From Macrostomum lignano (lineage: Eukaryota), in NCBI GenBank assembly GCA_002269645.1, contig NIVC01001205.1:62001-126000 (forward strand): a stretch of DNA of 64,000 nucleotides, read 5' to 3'. Shown here one piece after another: positions 12,210-23,573 of the stretch. Each line of letters begins with the position of its first letter. Position 1 is the stretch's first letter. Under the pieces are notes generated by a model. The model was given only the letters and a program-made list of their open reading frames with translations, was not told the DNA's origin and searched no databases. A program made the position numbers and the translations under genes.

Positions 12210-12569
12210 CGGCTCCATTGTCCCACTAGCACCATGTTATTACTTACTTCAGGTGTTATATTTTAATTAGTAACATTCAGACGTGTTTAATTATTAAAAC
12301 CGTGGACATACAAAGTAAGAGAAAAATTATGCGAAAAAATATAGGTGCGATTGTGTGTGCTTGCTATTGTGGTTCCGTGATCTATAGTCGGAATCAGTCG
12401 ATTAGCACGGCCGTTGATGTCAGCAGAAAGGCTGGCAGGGATGAAGAGCGCAGTGTTGACGCCCATGTTGGTGCAACATGGCGGCTTAGGCCAAACCCGA
12501 GTGGTGATGTTTCGGTGTTGACTCTGCAAATAAGAGCACGAAGTTTCGGTAATTGGAGACATGTTTCGG

Positions 12570-12900
12570 ATAATGATTAGACTTTACTTACGTCTGTGTG
12601 GCTTGGGAATAATCTGTACTGCGGAGGACATTTGGGCGGTGTGACTCGTGTGAGTGGATGCGCTTGTAGCACCAGTGCAGCAGGGTGCAAACCAGGATCA
12701 GGCAGATAATTAGCAGCACGAGCTTCAGGGCTACCAGTTGAGCGCTCGCCGAGTTGGTTAGTTGGTGGGCAATTTCGCCAATTGAGTTAAATGTTTGGGT
12801 ATTGTATGCCTAGATGGCCATTTGGTTTCGTAGATCTTCTTGTGAGTGGTGAGCATTCTCTGACAGTTGCCTAACAACTGCTGTAAGTTTTTGGAGTGTC
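12570..12900 (-). pseudogene. Remnant ORF with a transmembrane segment (retroelement accessory/env-like?)
   Basis: Frame reads QLVALKLVLLIICLILVCTLLHWCYKR. The coding strand is A/C-rich like the integrase/RING block. Confidence 0.3.
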
Positions 12901-13088
12901 TCCGCATTTTTTTACCTCATTGCCTTGTTTGTTAAATGTAGCAACTATTTTTTGCAGTCGGTTTGCCATTGGGAAGATTGTAGATGCGACACTCAGTGTA
13001 ATAACAAAATATCCAATCCAAAATCCAACTTGAAACAGCTTTCACTTTTTAATGCCTGCGTCTAGGAAGTTTCTAGAAATTAAAGAAA

Positions 13089-13593
13089 TTAAAGAAATTT
13101 CAATGCAAATTCGCCTGTTACAAGGGTGATTTCATTGTCTAGTAAAATATTCTTAGGTTCGTTTGCAGTTTTATTGATGCATACATAAAACAACTGGTAG
13201 GTGGGATAAGACTTTATAGTCTAATAGTTTCCGATAGTTACTTTCACGACTTGAGGAATTGTCTGTGTTATCAGAAGATTTAAGCTCTAATGCAATCTTT
13301 CGCTCAACGTGAACCAGGTCAATATTTTTTACCTTTTCGAATCCAAAATATTTTTCTGCTAAAACTTCATATAATCTACCTAGTCTCATTTGAATAACTT
13401 TAATCTTGTGTGAAATTATTAGCTCTTCTTGAAATAAATCGCAAAGAATTTGGTCATACCCCACCTTGTCGTCAATTGGTTTTAAGAGAATTTCTCGAAT
13501 TTTTTGCTCCATTTTTACTTTAAAAAAATTTAACAAGTGCTTATCGATCGCCCCGAAGGGACGCGAGCTCTGCTCGATGACTAGCAAGGACAT
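13089..13593 (-). CDS. PD-(D/E)xK type II restriction endonuclease-like protein (Eco47II/Sau96I-like motifs)
   Basis: IQMRLGRLYE..IDL..ALELKSSDNTDNSSS has the G-x3-E, D and E-x-K-x3-N-T-x-N-S-S-S layout. A frameshift near 13215 continues as YPTYQLFYVCIN...ITLVTGEFALKFL* (stop at 13089). Intronless and AT-rich. Confidence 0.6.
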
Positions 13594-13970
13594 TGACTTT
13601 CCTCACTCAGGCCACAAGGTAACCTGCAAAAGAATACCCTGGAATATGAAATTCTCCAGGATATTTTCCAGTAGAGTAGATGGGTGGCAGTTTTGTCATA
13701 GCTGACTGAATCTCTAATGCAGAACCAAGAAATAGTGGTTTATTGAAGGCCATTTTATTGAGATTTTTTTATTTCTTTATTTTTACTTGTAAAGTGTTTG
13801 TATACATTCCATTGAATACTTAATAGACTGAATTTTAAGACAAGTCGAGACAATAATCCAAAGCGACATGTTACACAAAACAGATCGCTGATAAAAGATC
13901 TTGGTATATTTTAAAAGAAACTTATAAGACGATGTATAACAATCCTTAGTCACAGTCACAATGACAATCC

Positions 13971-14330
13971 TTAGTCACAGTCCTTACAGTCCTCCTTAGT
14001 CACAGTCACAGTGATAGTCCTTAGTAACTCATGTTGAGCAGCTTGGTATTGAGCAGCTTGGTGTTGAGCAGCTTGGTGTTGAGCAGCTTGGTGTTGAGCA
14101 GCTTGGTGTTGAGCAGCTTGGTCTTGAGCAGCTTGGTGTTGAGCATCCTTGTATGTTGGAGGTGCCTCTGGAACGTCTACATCTAGCGAGCGCTCGATTT
14201 CTAGTTGGCGTTGATTTTCAAAGATAGAACGCTTCTTCGCAATGGTTTTTTTAATTAGCCTAAGCATCGCTATGTCGTTCTCAATTTTTTCGAAGTGTAC
14301 GCGATAATGCTCAAGGAATTGATTCTCATT
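13971..14330 (-). CDS. Unknown protein with a PPxY motif and (QAAQH)n repeat
   Basis: ORF 13971..14267 is open further upstream (NQFLEHYRVHFEKIENDIAML). It contains PEAPPTY and a 15-bp coding repeat at ~14030-14150. Confidence 0.45.
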   Translation of the reverse strand, partial: NENQFLEHYRVHFEKIENDIAMLRLIKKTIAKKRSIFENQRQLEIERSLDVDVPEAPPTYKDAQHQAAQDQAAQHQAAQHQAAQHQAAQHQAAQYQAAQHELLRTITVTVTKEDCKDCD

Positions 14331-14624
14331 TGTAGACGTGATGAAGCTAGTATTGGGGTATTGTGTGAATCAAACCTCTCAAATTGTTTCTCTCTTGTGT
14401 GCTCACAAGTATTCTAGCACGCCTAGTTGGATTTCCGGGCATTCTGTTCGTTCGGAATGAAAGCTGATAATTTAAGCAGAGGACACTTGTTGTGGATACT
14501 TTATTTTGGGTATGCCCTTAAATGCTGTCTAAAATGTCTTATGCCAGCCGCTAATTGGTTGCCACTGCCCTGCCACTGCCTTGCCACTGCCCTGTGGCAG
14601 TGACAGATTTTTTCTCTCTAGAGT

Positions 14625-14728
14625 GAGTAGTAGTGTGCTATACGGGGCTGAGTCATCCAGCGAGCTGGCGCGCAATGCGCCCGAGCAATAAGTGTGGCAT
14701 AGCCCCGTATAACACACTACTACTACTC
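14625..14728. mobile_element. ~105-bp MITE-like inverted repeat
   Basis: Arms GAGTAGTAGTGTGCTATACGGGGCT and AGCCCCGTATAACACACTACTACTACTC. No TSD resolved. Confidence 0.5.
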
Positions 14729-15069
14729 ATCTTCTACACTTGAAAATAGGGGGAAGTCTCGAGATTGCACTTTAAATATCTATTGAATTGCCAAAATAAA
14801 GTTTTTCTAAAAGCCATTTTTACTATGATATTTTTGTAAAAAATTATTGTGCCAAGGAGCTAATTAAAAGAGAAAAATGAAGACAAAAGTAATTTTTTCA
14901 ATCTAAAGATAATAACTTGGCTCAGTTTGAGCTTTGTTAATCATAAATGTGTATTTCTTCGTAAATATGTTTTGTATACTACTTTGAGTAGCAGCGAAAG
15001 CAGTAAAATCATTTTTTCATGTTGAGTCATTTTTTCTGGATCTCCAGAAATTTTTCTGGACATTTTTTA

Positions 15070-15960
15070 TCATAAGGAATTCTTCCTCTTTACAGTTATA
15101 TTTGCGCTCTCCTTAAATCTCCTTAAATCTGTGTGTAGCAGCAATTTAACCAGCAAGGTTTCGTCGAGTGTTTCGCGGCGGAGTCGAAGCGGTCCGAGTT
15201 GTCTTACGCGATGTAGCAGTCGTTTAAGCGCGAATCGAACGCTCGTTTTCTCCCTCGAATCGTATGTTGAGTGAAACTTCAAGGCTACACGCTCGTCACG
15301 CAAGTTCTCGTCTTCTGTCGCCGTTTTCTGAATAAGAGCCTTGTAGGTTAGCAGTGTTTCAAAGTTGTAACCTGAAACCACCAGAACTGGATATTTGACA
15401 ATTAGATTTTGAAAAGTATAGAGTCTTTCTTCGAACTTTTCGTCGATTTGCAGTTTAGCAGCAACGCCTTTGATGATCAAGCCAAGGGATTCGCGTAGCT
15501 TGGCAGCAACTTCCGCTTGCTTCTTTCTACCTAGACAGGCTAAAATTTCTAGATCGGCAATGAATTTTCCAGCTTAGTAAATCGATCGATTAGTTGGCCT
15601 TCATCCTGACTAAGTTCCTCTCCACATAGATCCTTCGCATCATTGAAACTGAAATAAAATATGTTGTTTTCTCATTGAAAAGTTATTGACTTCGTGATAA
15701 GATTCTGTAATAAAACTTACTGAGTTTTGACGACAATTGCCTCGTTTTTTACATTGTCAAGCTTTTCCTTCAAGCGAGCAATAAATCGAGATTCTCTTAG
15801 AAACTTTGCCTCTTTGTTGTTGCTTTTCTCTCTGGTGCGATCTTTCTTCGAGGACTGGCTTTATATTACTTGTAGATTTTTAGTAGTTAGTTCTGTTCAT
15901 CAACATCCAACTTACTGACTACAACGGCGGAACTATTTGAGTCTTTGCTGCTAGTACTCT
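15070..15960 (-). pseudogene. Spliced helical protein of unknown function
   Basis: ORF 15070..15480 plus upstream frames. A ~72-bp GTAAG...TTTCAG intron lies at ~15650-15722. The upstream exon has several in-frame TAA/TGA stops. Confidence 0.4.
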
Positions 15961-16562
15961 TAATAGTGGCGATTATCTGACTATGGATAGAAGAGGAGGT
16001 CATCGCATGTATTTCTGTTCTTTGGCAGGGGGTTGGGGGTAAAATAGCTACTCAGTTGCGGCAAGGTGCTCATATTGGTCACATATTGCTCATATATTTT
16101 TTCATGACAATGGAAAGAATTCATGCATTCCTTTGGCGAGCCCAAAACGTGAGAAAAATTTTTCGAAAATAAAAAATGCCCTAGCGTTTTGGTTTGAATA
16201 GAAAGCGTGACTCACTTTGCCGTGGGTGGATGGCACTAGAGAACCCTGAATTCCTGTGTTAGTCATCAGACTGTGTTCTGTGACCCTTGGGGGTGATCGA
16301 GTGAAGTTGTAATTGCTATAGCGGACCATATTGTTGCCATGCAAACTTGTTTGTGTGTGGCGCGAATAGAGCCCCGAATTCCTGTGTTACTCATCAGACT
16401 GTCTGAGACCCTTCGGAGCAATTAAGTGAAGTTTGCCTACTCTGCCGAAGAACCACTCTGGGTCATAATATATACAAAGAGGTCAAGCAAGTTTCAAACT
16501 ATTCAAAAAATAGTTTGTTACTTTAAAAATAAAAACTATACGGCTAAATTTTTCCTAGAAAA

Positions 16563-16913
16563 ATGGAAGCTAATTACCCAAATGTTCGAAATGCTCTACC
16601 ACAAAAATTCTATGATTCTATTATATCATTTTCTCAAATTAAAACCCATACTCGAAATTCTCGACCAATTGCAGAAATTGATAAAGCTTACGATGAATAT
16701 AAAGCAGAAATATTAAAACACACCATTGTACATGTCCCCCATATTTGTATTCAATATTCATTCAGAGTATATCTTGCACATGTTGATAAATGGGCTTTGA
16801 TTTCGAGACAGCACATTAGGAATGACGAATTTTTCGTCATGCTGAAGTTAAACATTTTCAAACTCCCCATAGCCTTTAAGAAGTACATTGAAACCGAAAA
16901 ATCATATTGTTAA
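16563..16913 (+). CDS. Unknown small intronless protein
   Basis: ATG-initiated 116-aa non-repetitive ORF in AT-rich DNA, followed by an A/T-rich spacer and another short ATG ORF. No domain recognised. Confidence 0.35.
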   Translation: MEANYPNVRNALPQKFYDSIISFSQIKTHTRNSRPIAEIDKAYDEYKAEILKHTIVHVPHICIQYSFRVYLAHVDKWALISRQHIRNDEFFVMLKLNIFKLPIAFKKYIETEKSYC

Positions 16914-17036
16914 ATTTATTTTAAATAAAATGGAAAGAAAAAATCAAAACGATTCAAATGTCTCTCTTCTGATCGTACAGGGTCTGTTTCAAAACTATGA
17001 TGCACCACCGCCAAAATTGACAAATTTAAATCAAAC

Positions 17037-17600
17037 TGTCACGTTGTTGTCGTAGTAGGTCTACAACCCACAAAAGGGCCGTTTTGACGAGAGGTACTGA
17101 CGCTATTAGTCCCAAAAGGATGGTGAATTCAACAATGGCGGCGGATTTGTAGCGGTAGCATTTGGCAATGGCGGTAGATAACAAAAGACACCAACTGGTT
17201 TATTATTATCAATGTTTAATATTAATACAGAGGCTTATGACGTTATGGGGCACTGGCGGCTGCAACAATGGGTTGATGTAATCTAGTTGTATAGATAAAA
17301 GTTAAGTAGATGATAATTGGGATGGAGCCGAGTAGCAAGTGATGGCTGTGAGCACAGTGATGGCAGTGAGTAACAAGTAGGCAAACAGGCAAAGTGGCGA
17401 GATTGGGCGTCGGCCCGTGGCAGTACACAGTGGAGCAAGAGTGCGTAGACAGTCTGGACCAGACAGAGTGGAGCCGTGGCAAGAGATAAGGAGGCACGAG
17501 GACGAGAGAACGAGAGAGCGGAAGAGCGAAGGAGCGAAAGTGAAAAAACCCCTAGCCCGCCGCCAGGCGGGGTTAATAAAGGAGCGCAGGAGGGTTAACA
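17037..17600 (-). mobile_element. LTR-like segment
   Basis: TG...CA bounded (TGTTAAC...GTGACA on the minus strand) with an internal AATAAA. No TSD, PPT or partner LTR found. Confidence 0.3.
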
Positions 17601-18488
17601 TAATATATGCGGAGAGTTTTCATTGGCTGGCGAGGGAAAAACAAGAAACGGAAATTATTGATCGCGCGAGCGTACGCAAAGGCGTACGCAGGCGTACGCA
17701 AAGCTTACAAAGTACGCAGTGATTTAGCAATTGATACAGATTAGTTGCGCGCTACTACAAGTAAACGTGAGAATACACAATTGGAAATTTTAAATGAGAA
17801 ATTGTAAGGAAAATTGTAGTCCAACGGCCCTTTTACGGGACCACTTTAAACTGGCAACGTCACACAAACAAAATCGTGGGATAAGCTAATTAATATCTAT
17901 GGAGAACGTAATTTTAGATTCGGAAGTTGCAGTATAACATTGAATAGTAAAACAAAGAAAAAATACCGTCAAAAATGCCAACCAAAGCAGAAAGGAATTC
18001 AACCTCCCCACCATTTCGACCAGAGGTAGAGAACATGATTTGGATGATACTCGAAATTCAAATATAACCGTAATCGATATTGATAATGCTGACCCCTTAG
18101 CTACTGATAAAGCTACTGAATGCTGCTGAATAGCCAGTTAGCAACCAGTCAGTACACTCTCCCCGTCCAAATTAAATTGTAGCAGCGAAACGATGATTCA
18201 ATTTATTTTAAAATAGAAATCAATGGCTATATTAAGGCCACGCATTTTTTAAAGAATATACTGGCTGTTTCGTTACAAAAATTAAATATGTTTGGTAGCG
18301 CTTAGCAAAAAGGTGGTGTACCTATACGTGCCGAGAAAAAGATTAATTTTGAAGAAGCAACGTTGATTGTACATACAAGTATGATAATTGTTAGAGTAGA
18401 AATATTGATTTTGCATTGCACTAAGATTAGTTTGACTTGCACATAATTTTTGATTTAGTGAGAAAATGCATATTAAATTGCGTTGAGA

Positions 18489-19632
18489 TTAAATGTTGGA
18501 CGCGACTGTCCTAGAGTTTTTGTTTTTCAATTTTTGGGCGGCTTGACCTAGAAAGAACAACATCTTGAGCACGGCCAGCTCCAACGAAGTCCCATGCGGC
18601 GGAATAGCGGCAGCGGTGCGGCGAGCCACTTTGTCGATGGCCTGCCTCCTTGCTTCCGGAGTGGCCGAGAGAAAATCCTCTCGAATTCGACTGGGCCCCC
18701 TACGGCATAACTGCCCCTTAAGGCCGGCCTCTAGGAGTAGGTCCGTCAACAGGCTGATGGTCTCCGCACTGACGGAGCCCAGGTTATCCACTTGGGTCAC
18801 TGCGTCAGCCTGCTGAGGCCTAGCTCGGATGGCGGCGCTTATGGCTTCGGCCAGTTCCGAACGGCTGAATAGTCGAGGAGGCAACGGTATCGGTGACGGG
18901 CGGCGAAATCGCGGCGTCGGGGGTGTCAGCGGCGTAGGGAATTCGTCCAGATTGACGATGTCCGGCTGCGGTGGTGGCGTTAAAACTCCCAGGTGGAATG
19001 TCGGTGGCGACGAAGTAGGAGGAGGCGGCGTACGCAGCACGTCCTCCCTCGGGTCTAGTGGGTCCGGAGGGTGCGCTTTTTGTGGGGCCTGCGCTCCTGG
19101 AGCCAGTAAATCTTGTTTCGGCGGCAGCAGGTCCTCTCCGGGCTCCTCTTGTAATGAGCTGCTCAGACGTCCCAGTAGGTTAAAAAGGTCACCGGAAGGC
19201 GACTGGTCAGCCTAAGCTTTCTGCGGTTGCTGCTGGACGGGCGAGCTTTGGTTCTGGCGTCTTTTTCCGCGGGGGGTCCTTGAGGTTCCTTGAGGGTCAG
19301 CCGTGGCCGGTAGGCAGGCATCAGCTGGGATGTGCCTGGTGCTGATCTAATCGGAGTCGAATGGCAGCTGCGCGCTCCTTGGCGACAGCTAAGCGATCGC
19401 AGAGCTGCGCGGGCTGCAACGGTGCAAGCCGGCGCACCTCGATACTCGGATTCCGCCGGTGCGGCACATCCCAGCGACTGCGGCGCCTGCGCGTCGGGTC
19501 CTGAGTAGGCGTCGGAATGACGCGGGCCATGTGATATGGTGGGGCATGCCGCGTTCGCTTTCGCCCGCCAGCCGGCGAGGTAGTTCTAGACGGCTCTCGA
19601 TCACGAAGTTTGCGATTTTCTTTGCCCGGCAT
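18489..19632 (-). pseudogene. Extra ORF downstream of Gypsy pol (element A), frameshifted
   Basis: ORFs 19321..19632 and 18489..19040 lie directly after the pol tail RPVRARKEPDRL (~19700-19770). The C-terminus LL-x-x-AGL...VARR-x-AA resembles 22608..23573. Confidence 0.5.
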
Positions 19633-19639
19633 TTTTAGT

Positions 19640-21900
19640 TTTGCTTTTCAGCGCTGGAACAGGCACGAGGCCGTCGGAAAAAGTTAATTAGACGGCTAAA
19701 GTAGGACTTGACTTTGGTTTAAAAACCAAGCGGTCAGGTTCCTTTCGAGCCCTAACTGGCCTGTCATTGACGGCCCAATCAATTTGGCTAGTGGATGGCA
19801 AATTGGCCGGCAAAACATGACTATGACATTGATTTACCCTATCAGTCTAAGTTAATCCTATCGCTATTTCTGCTTTTAGGTCGCCTCAGCGTTTCAACCG
19901 TAGGAGCGGTTGGAGCATCGCAAGAGTCATACGGCAGTAACTCAAGCTCTACTCTCCTCTCCATAACTTCAGGTTCGTGGATGCGGACTCCAGTTGGGTG
20001 TGCGCCTGGCTGAGCAGCTGATCGGAGTCGCCAGCGGTAGGCGGGTCTCGTGTCCTGGTCGTCTTTTTCGTCAGTCTTCAGAGATTGCGGGGAGTGTCGC
20101 AGCTCCGGCGTCAGCCTGTCGAACTCGGCGTCGGCGTTGATGCTTCAGGTCCGCTGGTCCTTTGTGATCTGAAATTGGATAGTCTGAAGTGGGCACAAGG
20201 AGGAGGTTTCGACGATGAACTAACAACTCGTCCGGTCGTTCTCGAGGGTGTCAAACCTTCCGCCAAATCTTGTAGACGACTTCTCCTTTGCATTCCACCA
20301 CTTCATAAAAAGATCTCCTTGGTCTATGAAATTTTTACTGCTTCGTCTTAGTGTAGGACCGGGTTGTTCAAGAAGAAGAAATCTCCCGGCTGTAGCTTCT
20401 TAGCTGCTGGTCGGTTCCCGTAGTGTTCGTCTCGCGCTTGTTAATGTAGGCCTAGCCGTTCCTTGGCGCGGTCAGTGGCGTGCTTGAGGCGTTGCTGGAA
20501 TTCTGCAACATAATCAGGCAGGTTGGCATACTCCGGGAGTAGCTTTAATGATTTGTCAAGAGGCATCCTGTATACTCGGTCGTAGACTAAGAAGTAAGGC
20601 GTATAGCCTGTGACTGGGTAAACGCTGGATCAAAGAGCAATCATGCAAGCTGGCAGGAATGTGTCCCAATCGCGATGATCATGCTCGAGGTGACATGTCA
20701 GAATGCTCTTGATCTGCTTCAAATTTTCCACCAGTCCGTTGAATGCTGGATTTTACGGCGTCGTTGTCGTGTGCCTGATCGCGTAGAGATTACAGAACTT
20801 CTTAAGGGGATTTCCTGTTAAGTTCGTGCCCTGGTCACTGTGTATCCAGGCTGGCACTGGAATGCTGGAATGAATCGGTCCTGAAGTAATCGGATAACGG
20901 TTTTAGCTTTCAGATTTCTCATCGGATAAGCTATCGGAAATTTCGATGTTGCACATCAGAGTGTCAGGATTGATATACTCTCGCTTTTGGTTGCTCGGGC
21001 TTGGACTGGATTCTCCTGAAATCCCACCGCTATTACCAGTGTTGTGCTTAGCTTCCTGGCTTCTGTGATGGGGTGGACTGCTATCGTCCGAGGCAACCTT
21101 GCCGAGTATACGTGTGTGGGCTGAGACTGGGGAGAAATCTAAGATTAGGGGTAGTGCTGCCACCAACGTGGGGAGCGTAGGATCTGCAATAAAGGGGTCG
21201 GTTTGGGTTCCACGCAAGTAAATAACGCTAGAAAAACTAGTCCCAAATATTTCAATGTCCAAATGACAGGACTCAATGGTAGCAAATGGCCTAAGCGGCG
21301 CAGTCCTGGCACTGACAAATGTCCGCGCTTGAGCGTGTCTGAGTTTGGCTCTCAGAGGACTATAACTCCTATTAAACTAATAGCTACGACTCGCGTAGAT
21401 GGGCGGCGAGGAATGGGTCTATGCGCCTGCAGCAGCAATAGACTCACGCTATCTAGTCTCGCGCAGATGGGCGGCGAGGAATAGGTCTATGCGCCTGGAG
21501 CAGCAATAGACTCTTAGAATCGCGCACGTGTGCTGCGACTGCACAATCACTGTTATATTCGCGCCTGTGTCGCGAATAGACAATCAGCAGAATAGCTTCA
21601 GCCAACTGGTTTCCTGCCAATAGGGTAGGCTGGGAAATCAGAGCTATAGCACTAGCAATGCTCTACCAAGACCTGCTCAGGAGCGTGCTTTCTGCTTGAG
21701 CGCTGCAATGCTCTACTAAGACCTGCTCAGGAGCTTGCGTTTGCTTCTAGCGATGCTTTGCTCTACCAAGACCTGCTCAGGAGCTTTGCTTCGCTGTTAA
21801 CCGGAGATAGAGTGCTGAACTTGGAGAAAGCTCTCTACAAGTTCTCACGAGGCGGTTTTGAGGAGAAATTCCGACAAACGGCCTGCATGCATTGATATAG
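19640..21900 (-). mobile_element. Degenerate, internally deleted Gypsy gag-pol (element A)
   Basis: 20350-20880 translates to IHSDQGTNL..NGLVE..DWDTFLP..TGYTPYFLVY..LQPGD (integrase core and tail) with stops. RT/RNase H is not seen. The presumed gag region has ~50-bp tandem repeats at 21660-21785. Confidence 0.7.
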
Positions 21901-22607
21901 AACGCGGAGGGGGGAGCGTTTGGTCATTCCGAGGACTGACCATGGAACGGCAGCCCGAAAAGTGCGGATAATGATGCACAACAGATATTGATTAAAAATG
22001 GTGAAGAGTAGCTTGTCAGAAGCGCCGACAGCTTCAAGCCACTAGTGAAAATAGCATGCCAAATTTGGGCTTGTGCGCACAAGGCTGCACGAGAGGAGGG
22101 TTCGACTCGGGACACGGGGTCCGCGAAACAGTCTAAAAATAGAATGACGCATGGGGAGAGGCTCGGACGGCGGAGGAACGAGAGCAGAAGGGGGAAGGGT
22201 CCAGCGAGCGTACAAAGGGGAGGAGTGCAGCTAACTAGACTTGCGAACACTGAGCGATCGTGGCAAGGAAAAAAGTCGATGATTAGAAAAAAAAATAATG
22301 AAGTCAGAGTACAGGTTGCGCTTAAATTGCTGGGGGACGGGGAATGGTGAAATTTGACCTGATAATTAGTCTGAAAAATGCCTAAACTGCTAGAAATGCA
22401 GTTTAGGCGTTTGTAAGGGGCTTCTTGGGACTTCTTAGGGCCAATTCTTGAGGCCAATTCTTGAGGCCAAATTGGCCTATGATAATAGTTAACAAAATAG
22501 CGAAATGCAGTTTGATTAAAGGGGACTGAGACGAGCGATTAATAAAATAGTGTGGTTTTGTCGAAAGCTAAGTTGTTTGTCAATAATTGCACCGTCAGTT
22601 TAAGCTA

Positions 22608-23573
22608 CTAGAACACTTGCAGGACGGCTTTTTGCGGCGGTGGCAGATCCATATGGCCTAGCTCTGCGGCATATCGGCGTGCTACGAGCTCAGCTGCAGG
22701 CCGATTTAAGCGCTGGTCTGCCAGCTGCCCGGCGGCCAAGCTGGCTGCCCACTCAAATAGCGACTCGCGGTACATGCGGTCTTTGGCTCGAATCTCAATG
22801 TGGAGCTCTGGCGGCAAGCTTGCAAACAAGTGGCTGCGCAGGCCAGCGAGGCGGATGAGGCCTGCAATCTCCTCAGCCTGTCGCTGTCTTGAATAGGCGA
22901 CCAGGTTATCGGTCGCTGTGTCGCAGTCGGCGCGCGAGGGCGGCGGCGCCCTTTGGCCAGGCTCCGGGCGATGGCCTGGAGTCCGGATATTCCTCGCGGA
23001 GGGAGGCGTTGAAAGAGCCACCGCGGCGGCAGCACGGCGCATGCTTAGGAACAACTGGCGCCCTTCTTCGCCGCGGAATCGTCCGCCTGTTCTACTGCGC
23101 CTCCAAGGTCTAGCTGGGCGCCCCTGCGGATCGCTCCCTTGCTTCGGTGAACGCGCCTCTTGGACAGCGTCTGAGCTAGCCGGGCACGAGCCTTCGGCTC
23201 GTCGCTCCGTCCTAAAATTAACAACATTGGCCGGCCGCAGCCGGTTAAGGCCTGGCGGCGAGTTTTCGCCTTCAACTGGCGATTCTGGCGCTTGTAATTC
23301 TACGACGTCTTCATCATAGGTAAGCCTGGGTACCTCGTCTAATGGCAGCGCCGTAACGATGCTTCTTAAGCGAAGGCCGCCTTTTTCTTTCAATTCAGCC
23401 ACTCCGGTTGCAACGAATTCATTCTTGGCCTTGGCACCAGGTAGCGGGTTCGGCCGAGTTGCGACTCTTTTATTGGCTTTCATATTGTCTACTTCTGAGG
23501 AAATTTCTGTCGCTGTAAGGCAATTATTTTTGGCAAAATATTCGGTTAAACAACCTGGCCAGGCGAGACGCAT
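22608..23573 (-). CDS. Intact 321-aa extra ORF following a Gypsy pol tail (element B)
   Basis: Long open ORF. The upstream 23580-23640 region reads RPERL*REPDRLQVNPSRKTY, homologous to the element A pol tail. Confidence 0.6.
   Translation of the reverse strand: MRLAWPGCLTEYFAKNNCLTATEISSEVDNMKANKRVATRPNPLPGAKAKNEFVATGVAELKEKGGLRLRSIVTALPLDEVPRLTYDEDVVELQAPESPVEGENSPPGLNRLRPANVVNFRTERRAEGSCPASSDAVQEARSPKQGSDPQGRPARPWRRSRTGGRFRGEEGRQLFLSMRRAAAAVALSTPPSARNIRTPGHRPEPGQRAPPPSRADCDTATDNLVAYSRQRQAEEIAGLIRLAGLRSHLFASLPPELHIEIRAKDRMYRESLFEWAASLAAGQLADQRLNRPAAELVARRYAAELGHMDLPPPQKAVLQVF

Noticed and set aside
15700-15900. Alternative genetic code (TAA/TAG read as Gln)
   Set aside because: Intact ORFs in the window end at TAA/TGA/TAG and use CAA/CAG normally; mutational decay is simpler.
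4328-16913. Polinton/Maverick
   Set aside because: No protein-primed PolB, packaging ATPase, adenain or capsid motifs and no long TIRs seen; the integrase has a Gypsy-type GPY/F tail.
17037-22494. Matching LTR pair enclosing Gypsy element A
   Set aside because: Both candidates start TGTTAAC on the minus strand but are otherwise dissimilar, with no PPT, PBS or TSD.
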